In this document: one piece after another, positions 7,713-16,400 of the stretch
Numbering within the stretch: the first letter of the stretch is position 1
How the letters are laid out: each line of letters opens with the position of its first letter
Source of the DNA: a virus
Lineage: Duplodnaviria; Caudoviricetes
Direction: 5' to 3' (one strand)
IMG/VR virus record: IMGVR_UViG_3300049211_000004
Coordinates: 1 to 24,230 of that record
Length of the DNA stretch: 24,230 nt
Made by a program: the position numbers and the translations under genes
Notes under the pieces: generated by a model
The model's database searches: none
What the model was told of the DNA's origin: nothing
Seen by the model: the letters and a program-made list of their open reading frames with translations, nothing else

Positions 7713-7936
7713 CAGTTCTTGCGCAGATCGGACTCTGCGTGATCCTCGATGTGACGGTCGATCTTGCCTTCGACTACTTCGAGCTTGACCTCGATGCGGT
7801 CGATGCCTTCCTTCATGTGCTTGGCGAAACCGTTGCCGGTGGACTTGGTTTGCCTGTTGGCGCGGAAGGCCTGCCAACTGGTGAAGACGAACGCAGCGGC
7901 CATGCCGGCGTCCTTGGCGAGTGACTCTAGAGCCAT
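7712..7936 (-). CDS. Small membrane-anchored coiled-coil protein, 74 aa (holin-associated, DUF2746-like)
   Basis: AGAGGGG RBS, N-terminal hydrophobic stretch, 'TGNGF...IDRIE...KIDRHIEDH' pattern typical of actinophage lysis-cassette proteins (recall). Confidence 0.6.
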   Translation of the reverse strand: MALESLAKDAGMAAAFVFTSWQAFRANRQTKSTGNGFAKHMKEGIDRIEVKLEVVEGKIDRHIEDHAESDLRKN

Positions 7937-8019
7937 GTGGGGTTCCCCTCTGGGCCGTCTGCGGACACCCCGAACCACCAACCCCCGAGAGGGTTGATGG
8001 CCCAGAGAATCCAGACGGA

Positions 8020-8973
8020 TCAGGTGTTCGGCGCGAGCGAGGAACCGCTCTCCAGCCGGTAGAGCGCCTTCTGGCGGAAGACGGTCCAGCCGAGGAAGCC
8101 GTACCACCCGAGCGGGTGGAACCGGTTGAGCTTGTCGGGGATGACCCCGACGCGCACCTCGGGCTCGACCACGACGCCCTCGGCGAGGGCCTCCTTGCCG
8201 GCGAAGACGGTGCGGTACACGTAGTCCGCACCGGCACCAGCGTCGGTACCATCGGCACCGTCAGCGGCGGTCTTCATGCGAGCGGACTCGACGAAGAACG
8301 CGCCCTCGTAGACGCCGATCTCACCGGGCCACAGGACGCCAGGAGCGGCGTAGATGTGGCTGTCACGCCACGCGCCAGCGCCGGTCTCCGAGCGGAGGTC
8401 GGCCGACACGTCCGGGTGGATGCCGCACCAGTACAGCTCGCCACGACGCGGCTGCGCCGCGTTGCCGCGGAGCTTCGCCACGATGTAGCGGATGTCGGTG
8501 GACTTGATGGTGTCCTGCGAGTTCACCGTCGCGGTGCTGGTCTTGCTGTTCGCGTAGCGAACGTTGGTACCAGCCGAGATGATGTCGCGCACGAGCACGT
8601 CGAGCGTGTCGCGCATGTTGTACATGATCGCGTCGCGCTGGTAGGGGTCCACGTCGGCGAACGACTGGGCACCCACCTTCAGGGTGGCGATGCTGACGTT
8701 TCCGTACTCGGCCGGCGTCAGGGTGACGGAGGTCGGGTTGGGGAGAGCGACGGCATCCGGGTCCACGGTCTCCGAGAGCGGAGTCGTGGCAACGGCGAGG
8801 TCGGTGTGGGTGTACAGAGCGACCGAGGAGCCGGGGCGGTCCACCGAGATCGGGCGGGTGTCAGCGACCCCACGAAGCATCGGCGTGTGCCGGAGCTCCG
8901 CGCGGACGTACTGATCGACAGCAGCCGTGACAAGGTTGGACAGCGCAGTAGTGCTTGTGTATGCGTCAGCCAT
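8020..8973 (-). CDS. Major capsid protein (HK97 fold, N4-gp56-like family), 317 aa
   Basis: AGAAGG RBS. Motifs 'LSETVDPD', 'EYGN', 'IHPDVSADL', 'GEIGVYEG.FFVES' and 'DKLNRF..LGWYG'. Directly follows the scaffold gene. Confidence 0.9.
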   Translation of the reverse strand: MADAYTSTTALSNLVTAAVDQYVRAELRHTPMLRGVADTRPISVDRPGSSVALYTHTDLAVATTPLSETVDPDAVALPNPTSVTLTPAEYGNVSIATLKVGAQSFADVDPYQRDAIMYNMRDTLDVLVRDIISAGTNVRYANSKTSTATVNSQDTIKSTDIRYIVAKLRGNAAQPRRGELYWCGIHPDVSADLRSETGAGAWRDSHIYAAPGVLWPGEIGVYEGAFFVESARMKTAADGADGTDAGAGADYVYRTVFAGKEALAEGVVVEPEVRVGVIPDKLNRFHPLGWYGFLGWTVFRQKALYRLESGSSLAPNT

Positions 8974-9011
8974 GACGCAATCACCTTCTTTGCGTTGTTA
9001 AGGGACGGGTG

Positions 9012-9503
9012 TCAGATCCCGTGCTTGGCGTAGACCGCCGCCACTTCTGCGCCCGTCATGTTCGGAGTGATCTCGCTCTGGGCGAGTTCCCACTTCGACA
9101 AGTCGGCCGGCGCGCGAAGCTCGCCGCCTGCGTTCAGCTGCTGATAGGCAGCTGCCTGCTGGGCGGCAGCGGGGTCGGGCTGCACGGGGGCGGGCGCTGC
9201 GGAGCCATCCGTCCGCGCGTAGTCATCGCTGTTCTCCTCCAGCCATGCGTCAACCGCGCTGGTGTCCAGCGGGTCGATGCCGTCTGCGAGAAGGTCGCGT
9301 TCCACGCGCTTCGGGTTCTTGAACCCCTTGTCGCCCAGCACCTCAGAAACTGCCTTCGAGGCGAGCTGCTTGCGAACGCCGTCGCGCTCGCTGACCGCCT
9401 GCTCGTACTGCTTCTTCAGGTTCCTCGCGTAGTCGCGGAGCGCCTTCGGCGCGTCCTCGAAGTCCTCGGAATCCAGGTCAAGGTGCTTGATGCTGTCGCT
9501 CAT
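9012..9503 (-). CDS. Capsid scaffolding protein, 163 aa
   Basis: GGAG RBS before ATG9503 (MSDSIKHL). Acidic N-terminus, coiled coil, Pro/Ala linker and short C-terminal helix, immediately upstream of the capsid gene. Confidence 0.8.
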   Translation of the reverse strand: MSDSIKHLDLDSEDFEDAPKALRDYARNLKKQYEQAVSERDGVRKQLASKAVSEVLGDKGFKNPKRVERDLLADGIDPLDTSAVDAWLEENSDDYARTDGSAAPAPVQPDPAAAQQAAAYQQLNAGGELRAPADLSKWELAQSEITPNMTGAEVAAVYAKHGI

Positions 9504-9637
9504 GTGAGCCACTCCGTTTCGTTGTGTGATCGCAGGCCAAAGCACCCCGCGGAGGTACGGGGGCTCGCTCCTACTTCCGGGCTCGGTCGCGCTAGACGGG
9601 GGCCGGTCGATCCCGCTAGGTCTGTGGGGTGCGAGCT
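9504..9637 (-). promoter_or_regulatory. Structured 5' leader of the scaffold-capsid genes
   Basis: One of the few large intergenic gaps in the operon. Outer stem 9542-9548/9626-9632, inner stem 9592-9600/9612-9619. Confidence 0.45.
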
Positions 9638-9805
9638 CTAGAGGCTCTGCACGTCGCGCAGGTCGAGGTAGATGTCGACCTGCTCGTACGCCTTCTCGGC
9701 GTAGTGGCGCTTGTCCTTGTGGAACTTCGCCTCGTGGCGCATGGCGCAGTAGTGGAGGAACTTCTCTCGGCACTCGGCCGCGAGATCGTCGTCAGTCTTC
9801 TTCAT
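9638..9805 (-). CDS. Hypothetical protein, 55 aa (absent from the ORF track)
   Basis: MKKTDDDLAAECREKFLHYCAMRHEAKFHKDKRHYAEKAYEQVDIYLDLRDVQSL*. GGAG RBS and nearly all third codon positions G/C. Confidence 0.75.
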   Translation of the reverse strand: MKKTDDDLAAECREKFLHYCAMRHEAKFHKDKRHYAEKAYEQVDIYLDLRDVQSL

Positions 9806-9887
9806 GCCGCCACGCTCCGCAGTGAGGACAGGTTGGGCGCAGCGCGGAAGGGAGGTCGCGTCCGCAGTGATCGCAGACGCTCTCCAT
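9792..9887 (-). CDS. Zinc-ribbon mini-protein, 31 aa (absent from the ORF track)
   Basis: MESVCDHCGRDLPSALRPTCPHCGAWRHEED*. Two CxxCG knuckles; the ATG lies 1 nt after the upstream TGA. Confidence 0.65.
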   Translation of the reverse strand: MESVCDHCGRDLPSALRPTCPHCGAWRHEED

Positions 9888-9888
9888 G

Positions 9889-10722
9889 TCAGTACGAGCC
9901 GGCGCTGCCGCGGCTCAGCGAGCCTTGCCCGACACCGGAACTGCCGGAGAAGGCGGCGCGCTCCTGGGAGGCGAGGCGCTTCTTCTTCTGGCCGGCGACG
10001 GCGTTGCCGTCGAAGACCTCGGATTCCAGGTCGGCCTGACTGATCTGGTCGTTGTAGATGTCGCCCAGCTTCTGCGCACCCGGGAGCTCGGCGGCGATCT
10101 GACCGTAGCCCTGGATCGCCTGCTGCTCACTGATGCCGATGTCGGCGAGGTGGGTGGCGAACGCGGTGTCCGTAGTGACGCCCGCGCGACGAGCCGCGGC
10201 GCCGATCAGCGTGGTCTGGTACTTCTGCGCCAGCAGAGGCTGGGCGCGCGTGGGGTCCATGTAGTAGGCAATCAGGTCGCCATCGCCGAGACCCATCGCC
10301 TGAAGCTGCTGCTTGATCGCAGGGTCCTCGCGCTTCGCCAGATCGGAGTACATCTGCGCCCGCTGCTGGATCTCGTTCGGCGAGACAGAGTTGCCGATGA
10401 ACTTCGCGAAGTCGGCGGGGTCGTCGTAGAAGCCCTGCGGGAGGCCGTAGTTCTTCATGACCTGCGCGTAGGACTGCTCGACGGAGAGGTACTCGGCCAC
10501 CCCGAGGACGGGGAGGCCAGCCTGCTTCAGCATCTCGTTGCCGGCGAAGCGGGTCTTCCACTCCTGTGTGCCCTGGAGTTGGAGCTGGATCTGGCTCTGG
10601 TCGGTGATGCCGGAGAGGATGATGTTCTGGAGCGTGCCGGAGAGCGACCCGAGGCCGTAGCTCGACAGCATGTCGTTGAGGATGTCGAACGCGGACTTCT
10701 GCGCGTCTGTGAAGTCAGCCAT
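9889..10722 (-). CDS. Putative internal virion (core/ejection) protein, 277 aa
   Basis: Helical and Q/A-rich, translationally coupled, located between the NlpC/P60 gene and the scaffold gene. Confidence 0.55.
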   Translation of the reverse strand: MADFTDAQKSAFDILNDMLSSYGLGSLSGTLQNIILSGITDQSQIQLQLQGTQEWKTRFAGNEMLKQAGLPVLGVAEYLSVEQSYAQVMKNYGLPQGFYDDPADFAKFIGNSVSPNEIQQRAQMYSDLAKREDPAIKQQLQAMGLGDGDLIAYYMDPTRAQPLLAQKYQTTLIGAAARRAGVTTDTAFATHLADIGISEQQAIQGYGQIAAELPGAQKLGDIYNDQISQADLESEVFDGNAVAGQKKKRLASQERAAFSGSSGVGQGSLSRGSAGSY

Positions 10723-11669
10723 CAGGACATCACTCCGAACGATCGCAGCAGCTGAGAGCCAACTTCAGCGACCTGTTGCTTGGCATTGGCGGTGTACTGC
10801 CAACGCGAGTCCTTGCGAACGGTGTTGGCGAAGTCGGCGAGGGACTGGGCTACCGGCTTGCCGTCCTTGTCCTTCATCGTCAGCGCGTTCTGGATCGTGG
10901 AGTCCTTCAGGTTGACTTGGCTGGGGTTGAGCTCCAGCAGGTCGGCCATCTTCTGCACGTAGGGATCGGCGATCTCGGCGACGGTGTGGCCGGCCTCGAT
11001 CTGGTCGGCGAAGGCTTGGTACTGACTCTTGGCGATGTCCTTGATGCGAGCCTGGACGCCCTCGAAGGTGTCATCGCCGCTGATGATCCGCTGGAGGTTC
11101 TGGCCCATCCACGTGTCGCCGGGGTCGACGCCGTAGTTCGAGATCAGCTGGCGCATCTGCGAGCGCGCCTCGGCCGCGGTGCCGCCGAGGGAGTTCGAGG
11201 AGATCAGCTGCTGGTAGTTGATCGAGGAGCCCATGTGATCGAGGAGCTGCTCCTCGGTCCACCCCATGCGGAAGGCGGTCTCACCCCACTGGCGCAGCAT
11301 GCCGTCGTCCACGTTCGCCACGGCGTCCATGCCGTAGGTCTTGCCCCAAGCGTCGCGCACCTGGGCGTACATCTTGTCGACGTTTTCCTTGTACGACTTC
11401 GGGTCCGAGGTCTGCATCATGATCGCGTTGCGAACAGATGCAGAGTGCGTCTGGAACCAGTTGGTCGCGCGCAGCTTGGCGGTGAACATGTCCGGCGTCC
11501 AGGTGTGCTTCACCGCTTGCTTGAACAGCGCCGAGAGTTCCGGGTCGGAGTTCATGAACGCGAGCGCGAAGCCGTACTGGGCTGCGAGCTTGTCCTTGCT
11601 GAGCTTGTCGACCTTCTTCGGCTTCTTCGCCGCCGCCTTCTTGGCGGGCTTCTTCTTGGCGACTGCCAT
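10722..11669 (-). CDS. Putative internal virion protein, 315 aa, Lys/Ala-rich N-terminus
   Basis: True start MAVAKKKPAKKAAAKKPKK at 11669, right after the NlpC/P60 stop. Helical composition. Confidence 0.6.
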   Translation of the reverse strand: MAVAKKKPAKKAAAKKPKKVDKLSKDKLAAQYGFALAFMNSDPELSALFKQAVKHTWTPDMFTAKLRATNWFQTHSASVRNAIMMQTSDPKSYKENVDKMYAQVRDAWGKTYGMDAVANVDDGMLRQWGETAFRMGWTEEQLLDHMGSSINYQQLISSNSLGGTAAEARSQMRQLISNYGVDPGDTWMGQNLQRIISGDDTFEGVQARIKDIAKSQYQAFADQIEAGHTVAEIADPYVQKMADLLELNPSQVNLKDSTIQNALTMKDKDGKPVAQSLADFANTVRKDSRWQYTANAKQQVAEVGSQLLRSFGVMS

Positions 11670-11671
11670 CC

Positions 11672-12367
11672 TCAGAGACTCCCGTCGAACTTGTTGCGCG
11701 GGCGCTTGGTGGTCGTGGGCTTGCTGCCGCCGAGGTTGAGGCGGACGCCCCACGCGTTGCCCGAGTCGTAGATGTGGCTGATCTGCACGCTGCGCCCCGG
11801 GCGCGGTGCTTCGAGGATCAGGCCGTCGCCGATGTAGATGGCGATGTGGTCGGCGCCGTTGTTGCGGCTGGAGTTATCCCAAGCAACAAGGTCGCCGGGG
11901 TGCAGATCCTCCAGACTGACGCGCTTGCCGGCGCGCGCTTGGTCAGCGCTGATGCGCGGGAGATTCACTCCGAAGTGGCGGTAGACGTACTGCACGTAGC
12001 CGGAGCAGTCGAAGCCGTTGGGGCTCGTGCCGCCCCAGACGTAGGGCGTGCCGAGGAACTTCTTCGCGTACGCGACGAGCCCCTTGCTGTTGCCCATCGG
12101 CTCGCCAGCCGACCCAACCTCGGGAGCCTCGGGGCCGGCAGGACTGCCGCCACCGTTGGTCTTGACCGTGGTGGTGGTCTGCTGCTTCAGCACTGGCATA
12201 TGCAGCTTCGCCATCGGGTCGGCCGGCAGCATGCCGGTCCCCGTGAAGGCGGGGCCGGCCGTGTCGAACGTAACCTCGCCCAGAGAGCCGCCACCGCTGA
12301 GCGGAGTGTCGCCGCTCAGCGTTCCGATCTGCTCGTTGAGCGTGGGCTCGTCGGAGAGATCAGCCAC
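11672..12367 (-). CDS. NlpC/P60 (C40) peptidoglycan endopeptidase, probably virion-associated, 231 aa
   Basis: LGTPYVWGG, GFDCSGYVQYVY, LPRIS..Q, PGDLV and HIAIYIG; the catalytic Cys and His are present. Confidence 0.92.
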   Translation of the reverse strand: MADLSDEPTLNEQIGTLSGDTPLSGGGSLGEVTFDTAGPAFTGTGMLPADPMAKLHMPVLKQQTTTTVKTNGGGSPAGPEAPEVGSAGEPMGNSKGLVAYAKKFLGTPYVWGGTSPNGFDCSGYVQYVYRHFGVNLPRISADQARAGKRVSLEDLHPGDLVAWDNSSRNNGADHIAIYIGDGLILEAPRPGRSVQISHIYDSGNAWGVRLNLGGSKPTTTKRPRNKFDGSL

Positions 12368-13400
12368 CGATCGCAGCCAATGCTGACAAGGCCGTGTTGA
12401 AGTAGGTCGTGGCCGACTGGTACTCGGCGTAGTCGTCGTCGCTCTGAGCGTCGCGGTAGGCGTTCTCCAGGATGTCGCTGGAGTTGAAGCCGCTCTTGGT
12501 GTGGCTCGTCGTCGACTGGTGCTCGGTGCCGATGCCGGAGGTGGTGCTGCGCGTGATGGTCGGGTTCTTCGCGGCGAGGTGGTTCATCCGGCCCACGAAG
12601 TCGCGCACCTCCTCGTCGGAGGGGTCGCGGCCGAGCATCTTCGACAGGGTGTTCTGGAGCGCGCCCCACCCATCACCGTGAGTGATGGTGGCGACCGAGC
12701 GGGAGGTCTGCGTCACGCGAGTGGGGCTGCTGCTACTCCCCGCGCCGCCAGTGCCGGCCTTGCTGATCTCGCTCTTGTACATGTCGAGCACGTCCCACGG
12801 GGTGACCTTCTTCTTCCCCGAGGACAGCGAGTACATCGCGCCGGCTCGCTGCACGAGCGAGCCCCACGCCTGCCGCATGGAGTCGAAGTCGTCCACGTTG
12901 GTGAGACCAGCGTCCTGGAACTTCTTGATCGCCTCGGCCACCTTGTCCGAATCCCAGAGGAACGGCTGGTTCGCGACCGCGTTCACCGAGTCGGTCCTGT
13001 CGTGCCCACCTTCGAGGTAGGCGTCCGAGCCGGGAGCCATCTCCGTGGCGAACTTGTTCTTCGGCGTGGGCGAGTGAGCCATGAGCGAGCCCGCGCCCAC
13101 GTAGACCCGCCACGTGGACGGGTCGTCCTGCGGCAGGTAGGGGTCCATCTGCCCGGACTCGACCGCCGAGCGGAGGATCGGGTTGCGGTAGATCCACTTC
13201 GGCATCGTGCCGACGAGCGGTTGGCTGGTCAGACCCTGACGGCCAGAGGCGCCGAACAGCGCCTGACGAAGGAGCTCCTGCGGGTCCAGTATGGACCCCG
13301 AGGACGTGCTCGTTCCGGTGGTGCCACCGGACAGCAGGGGGCCAAGGACGCCGGCTAGGCCGGGGTCGATTCCCGAGTCAGGAGTGGGACTCTGCGGCAT
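12360..13400 (-). CDS. Putative internal virion protein, 346 aa
   Basis: TAATG-coupled to the 1776-aa gene. 'LGRDPSDEE' motif and Gly/Ser/Thr linkers. Confidence 0.6.
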   Translation of the reverse strand: MPQSPTPDSGIDPGLAGVLGPLLSGGTTGTSTSSGSILDPQELLRQALFGASGRQGLTSQPLVGTMPKWIYRNPILRSAVESGQMDPYLPQDDPSTWRVYVGAGSLMAHSPTPKNKFATEMAPGSDAYLEGGHDRTDSVNAVANQPFLWDSDKVAEAIKKFQDAGLTNVDDFDSMRQAWGSLVQRAGAMYSLSSGKKKVTPWDVLDMYKSEISKAGTGGAGSSSSPTRVTQTSRSVATITHGDGWGALQNTLSKMLGRDPSDEEVRDFVGRMNHLAAKNPTITRSTTSGIGTEHQSTTSHTKSGFNSSDILENAYRDAQSDDDYAEYQSATTYFNTALSALAAIGG

Positions 13401-16400
13401 TACTCAGCCTCCGTTCCCAGCAAGTAGGGGTCGTGTTCGATGGTTCCGTGGTAGCTGTACTGCTTGAAGTACGGCGACTGGCCGTTGATGTAGGCCACCG
13501 CCTGACGGAAGGCGTTCGCGAGATCCGCATTCGCCTTCGCCTCGATCGTCTTGGCGCCGCCAGCGTTGCCGCGCTGGCGGAGAGCCTCAGTGATCGCGTC
13601 ACGGACCTGGACGTACTGGCTGAGCCAGTAGACATCCGAGCGAGTCGGGTCGCCCGCCAGCTTCTTGTTGCTGACGATCTGCCGCATGTCGGCGACCTTC
13701 TTGTCGAACGAGGTCCGACTCCAGGTGTCGTAGGCAAAGCCGAAGACCTCGTTGTGGTCCTTGATGTACTGGAGCCCCTTGCGCTTCGCCTCCACCAGCT
13801 GCGGCGACTGCTCGTAGCCGTCGAGCCCCTGCTCGTCGGCGATCGTGTCGAGGTAGTTGGTGAGCTCGTCGTACTGCCGCCAGCCGGCGTTGATGACCTG
13901 CTGAGCAGCGACTTCCTTCGGATTCTTCGAGCCGAGGTAGGTCGTGCCGGAGCCGGTGTCGGTGGCGCGCAGCCACGCCGCCGCTGCTGAGGAGTATTGC
14001 TTCTCCTCGTCGTCCGCGGTCTCGACCTCGGGGCCGATGACCATGCGCGTGAGCGACGGGTCGACGTTCTTCAGCAAGCCGCGGTGCTTCCTGATCGCGG
14101 AGACCTCGGCGCGGTTGTTGTCCAGCCCCGCGGGGTCGGTGCCCATTGAGTAGATCAGGGCGAGATACGCCTCGCCGTACTGCTTGACGAAGTGCTCGCG
14201 CAGCCAGTCCATGTCGTGACCCTCGGAGCGCATCTGCTCGTAGAGCCGCTGGAGGCCGTTCTGCACCACCGCGTAGCGGGAGTTGGGCTTGGCCGGCGTG
14301 ACGGAGAGCAGGTTGCTCGACATCATCAGCACGAGATCCCGGTGGGTCTCCTTGCTCGCCTTGTCCTGGAGCGCGTTGAGCTCGGCTTCGTTGGGCTCGC
14401 GGTCGTGCTGGAGCCGGAACGTCACCAGATCGTCGGCGAAGTTCTGCATGTAGTAGCGGCCGAACTCCTTGGAGTTCTCGCCCTGCATGAGGGCGAGCGC
14501 GCGCTTCGACCACGCCGGCTGCACCGAACCGATGGCGATGTCGAGTGAGGAGTCACCGGTCGGCGGGTACGGGTTGATGAGACGCGCGGCCTTCTCCAGC
14601 TCGCCCTGGTCGGCGTACTTCTGCGCCAGCACTTCGAGCGGCACGGTCACCATCGGGCCGGCGCCCGGGTTGGCGAGGCCGTTCTGAAGGATCAGGTTCA
14701 GGCCGTTCTCGTTGATGTTCCAGTACGAGCCGCCGCCGACCTTCTTCAGCCACTTGTTCACGGCGCCGTTCTCGTCAGCGAACGGCAGTTTCATCATGAT
14801 GTGGTTGCCGGGGCCGATCGAGTCTCCGGGCTTGACCTCGTTGCCCTCGTCGTCGTAGACCAGACCGGCCCTGCGCGGGATGTCGAAGAACAGCTGGAAC
14901 TTTCGCACGATCGACGGGTCGTCCTTGGCGAGGTGCCACCAGCGCGTGAGCGCCTCCTGGTGGGCAGCGAAGAACGGCGAGAGGAAGCGCATCGTGTGCG
15001 CCGCACTGGAGTGCGCGGACACGTCCCAGAGGGTCCTACGAAGCTCTGTAAGGGCCTTCTGACGGCCGATCGACTCGATCTCGGACAGATCCCGCTGTGT
15101 GAACGTCGCGCCCTTACCGGCCTTCCCAGCGACGTGTACGCGGGCAGCAGCCTTGACCTCGCGCTGGTAGATCGCGTTGAAGTACGGGTGCCGCGACAGC
15201 TGGTCGGTGGGCACCTCGGAGAGGTAGCGGAAGATGTTCCCGATCGACTGGGAGAAGTAGCGGGCCGCGGTCACGCGACCGCTCTGCACGTCGGCCAGCT
15301 GGCCGTGGATGTGCGGCAGCCGGCCGTCGCCCTCGGGGAACAACTTCTGGAGCTGGCGCGCGGTGACGCGCCCCTGAGCCACGAGCTCCTGGACCTCACT
15401 GCTCGGCAGGTAGTCCTCGGCGATGGCGATGAGCCGGCCACCCCAGTCCTCGGGGTCGTGGGCGTAGTGCTGCATCCGCTCGACGAGGTGGGCGTTCTCC
15501 GGCTGACGCAGCCACGACGCGAACTCCTGCGGCGTCTTGACCTCGCCCTTGACGATCGACATGAACTCGGGACTGTGCTGGAACTGGTGGTTCAGGATGT
15601 TCGCCCAGAGCTGGTAGTACCCCGGCTCGCCGGGGGCGACCGTGCGCCAGTGACCAGAGGACAGCAGCGAGAAGCCCGTGGCCTCGCCATCCGTGAGCTG
15701 GTAGTTGAAGCCAGCGTTGGAGCTCACCGCTTCGCGGTAGGCGCCGGCCGGGGAGTCGAACGCACCGGAGACCTTCACGCCGGGAGCGATCGTGACGCCG
15801 CGGTCGCCGATGTGGCGCTTGTCCGCGCGGAAGGCCTTCGGTCCACCCTTCAGCGCCTCGTTGGCGTTGATGAGCGCCTTGCGCAGCTGGTCAGGGTTGG
15901 TCCGCCCGGACAGCTGCTCGGTGACGTGGTTGATCTCGCCCTCGCGGTCAGCGATGGCGGCGCGCGCCTTGGTGGCGCGGGCGGTGTCGCCCGCGGCCTC
16001 AGCCTCGGCAAGGATGCGCTTGTGCTGGCCGATGGCTCGGTTGGCGGTCTTCACCTGACGCTGAAGGTCCGCCCACTCCAGGGTGCGACCGAGCGGGTCG
16101 ATCGCAAGGATCTTCTTGTGCGCGAGCGCCTTCTCCTCGGCCGAGTAGACGCCGTTGAAGTAGACCTCGTGCAGCTCCTTCAGCTGGCCCCACTCCGCGT
16201 CGCTCGGCGGGTTGCGGAAGCCAAGGTCGGCGATCAGCCGCTGGCGGTCGGCCTGGGCGAGAGCGAAGGCCTGCCGCGCCTGCCCGCGGCGCGAGCTCTT
16301 GGCGAGCACACCGGGCATGTAGTTGTAGAAGGAGTTGGCCGTCGCCTCGGGCAGGTTCGCCTTCAGGAACGGCATGTAGCCGAGCCGAGCCGCGATGCGC

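Noticed and set aside
7467-8258. Programmed frameshift extending the capsid protein (T7 10B-like)
   Set aside because: Both alternative frames are open across the capsid stop, but no slippery heptamer is seen, downstream genes have their own starts, and open frames are common at this GC content.
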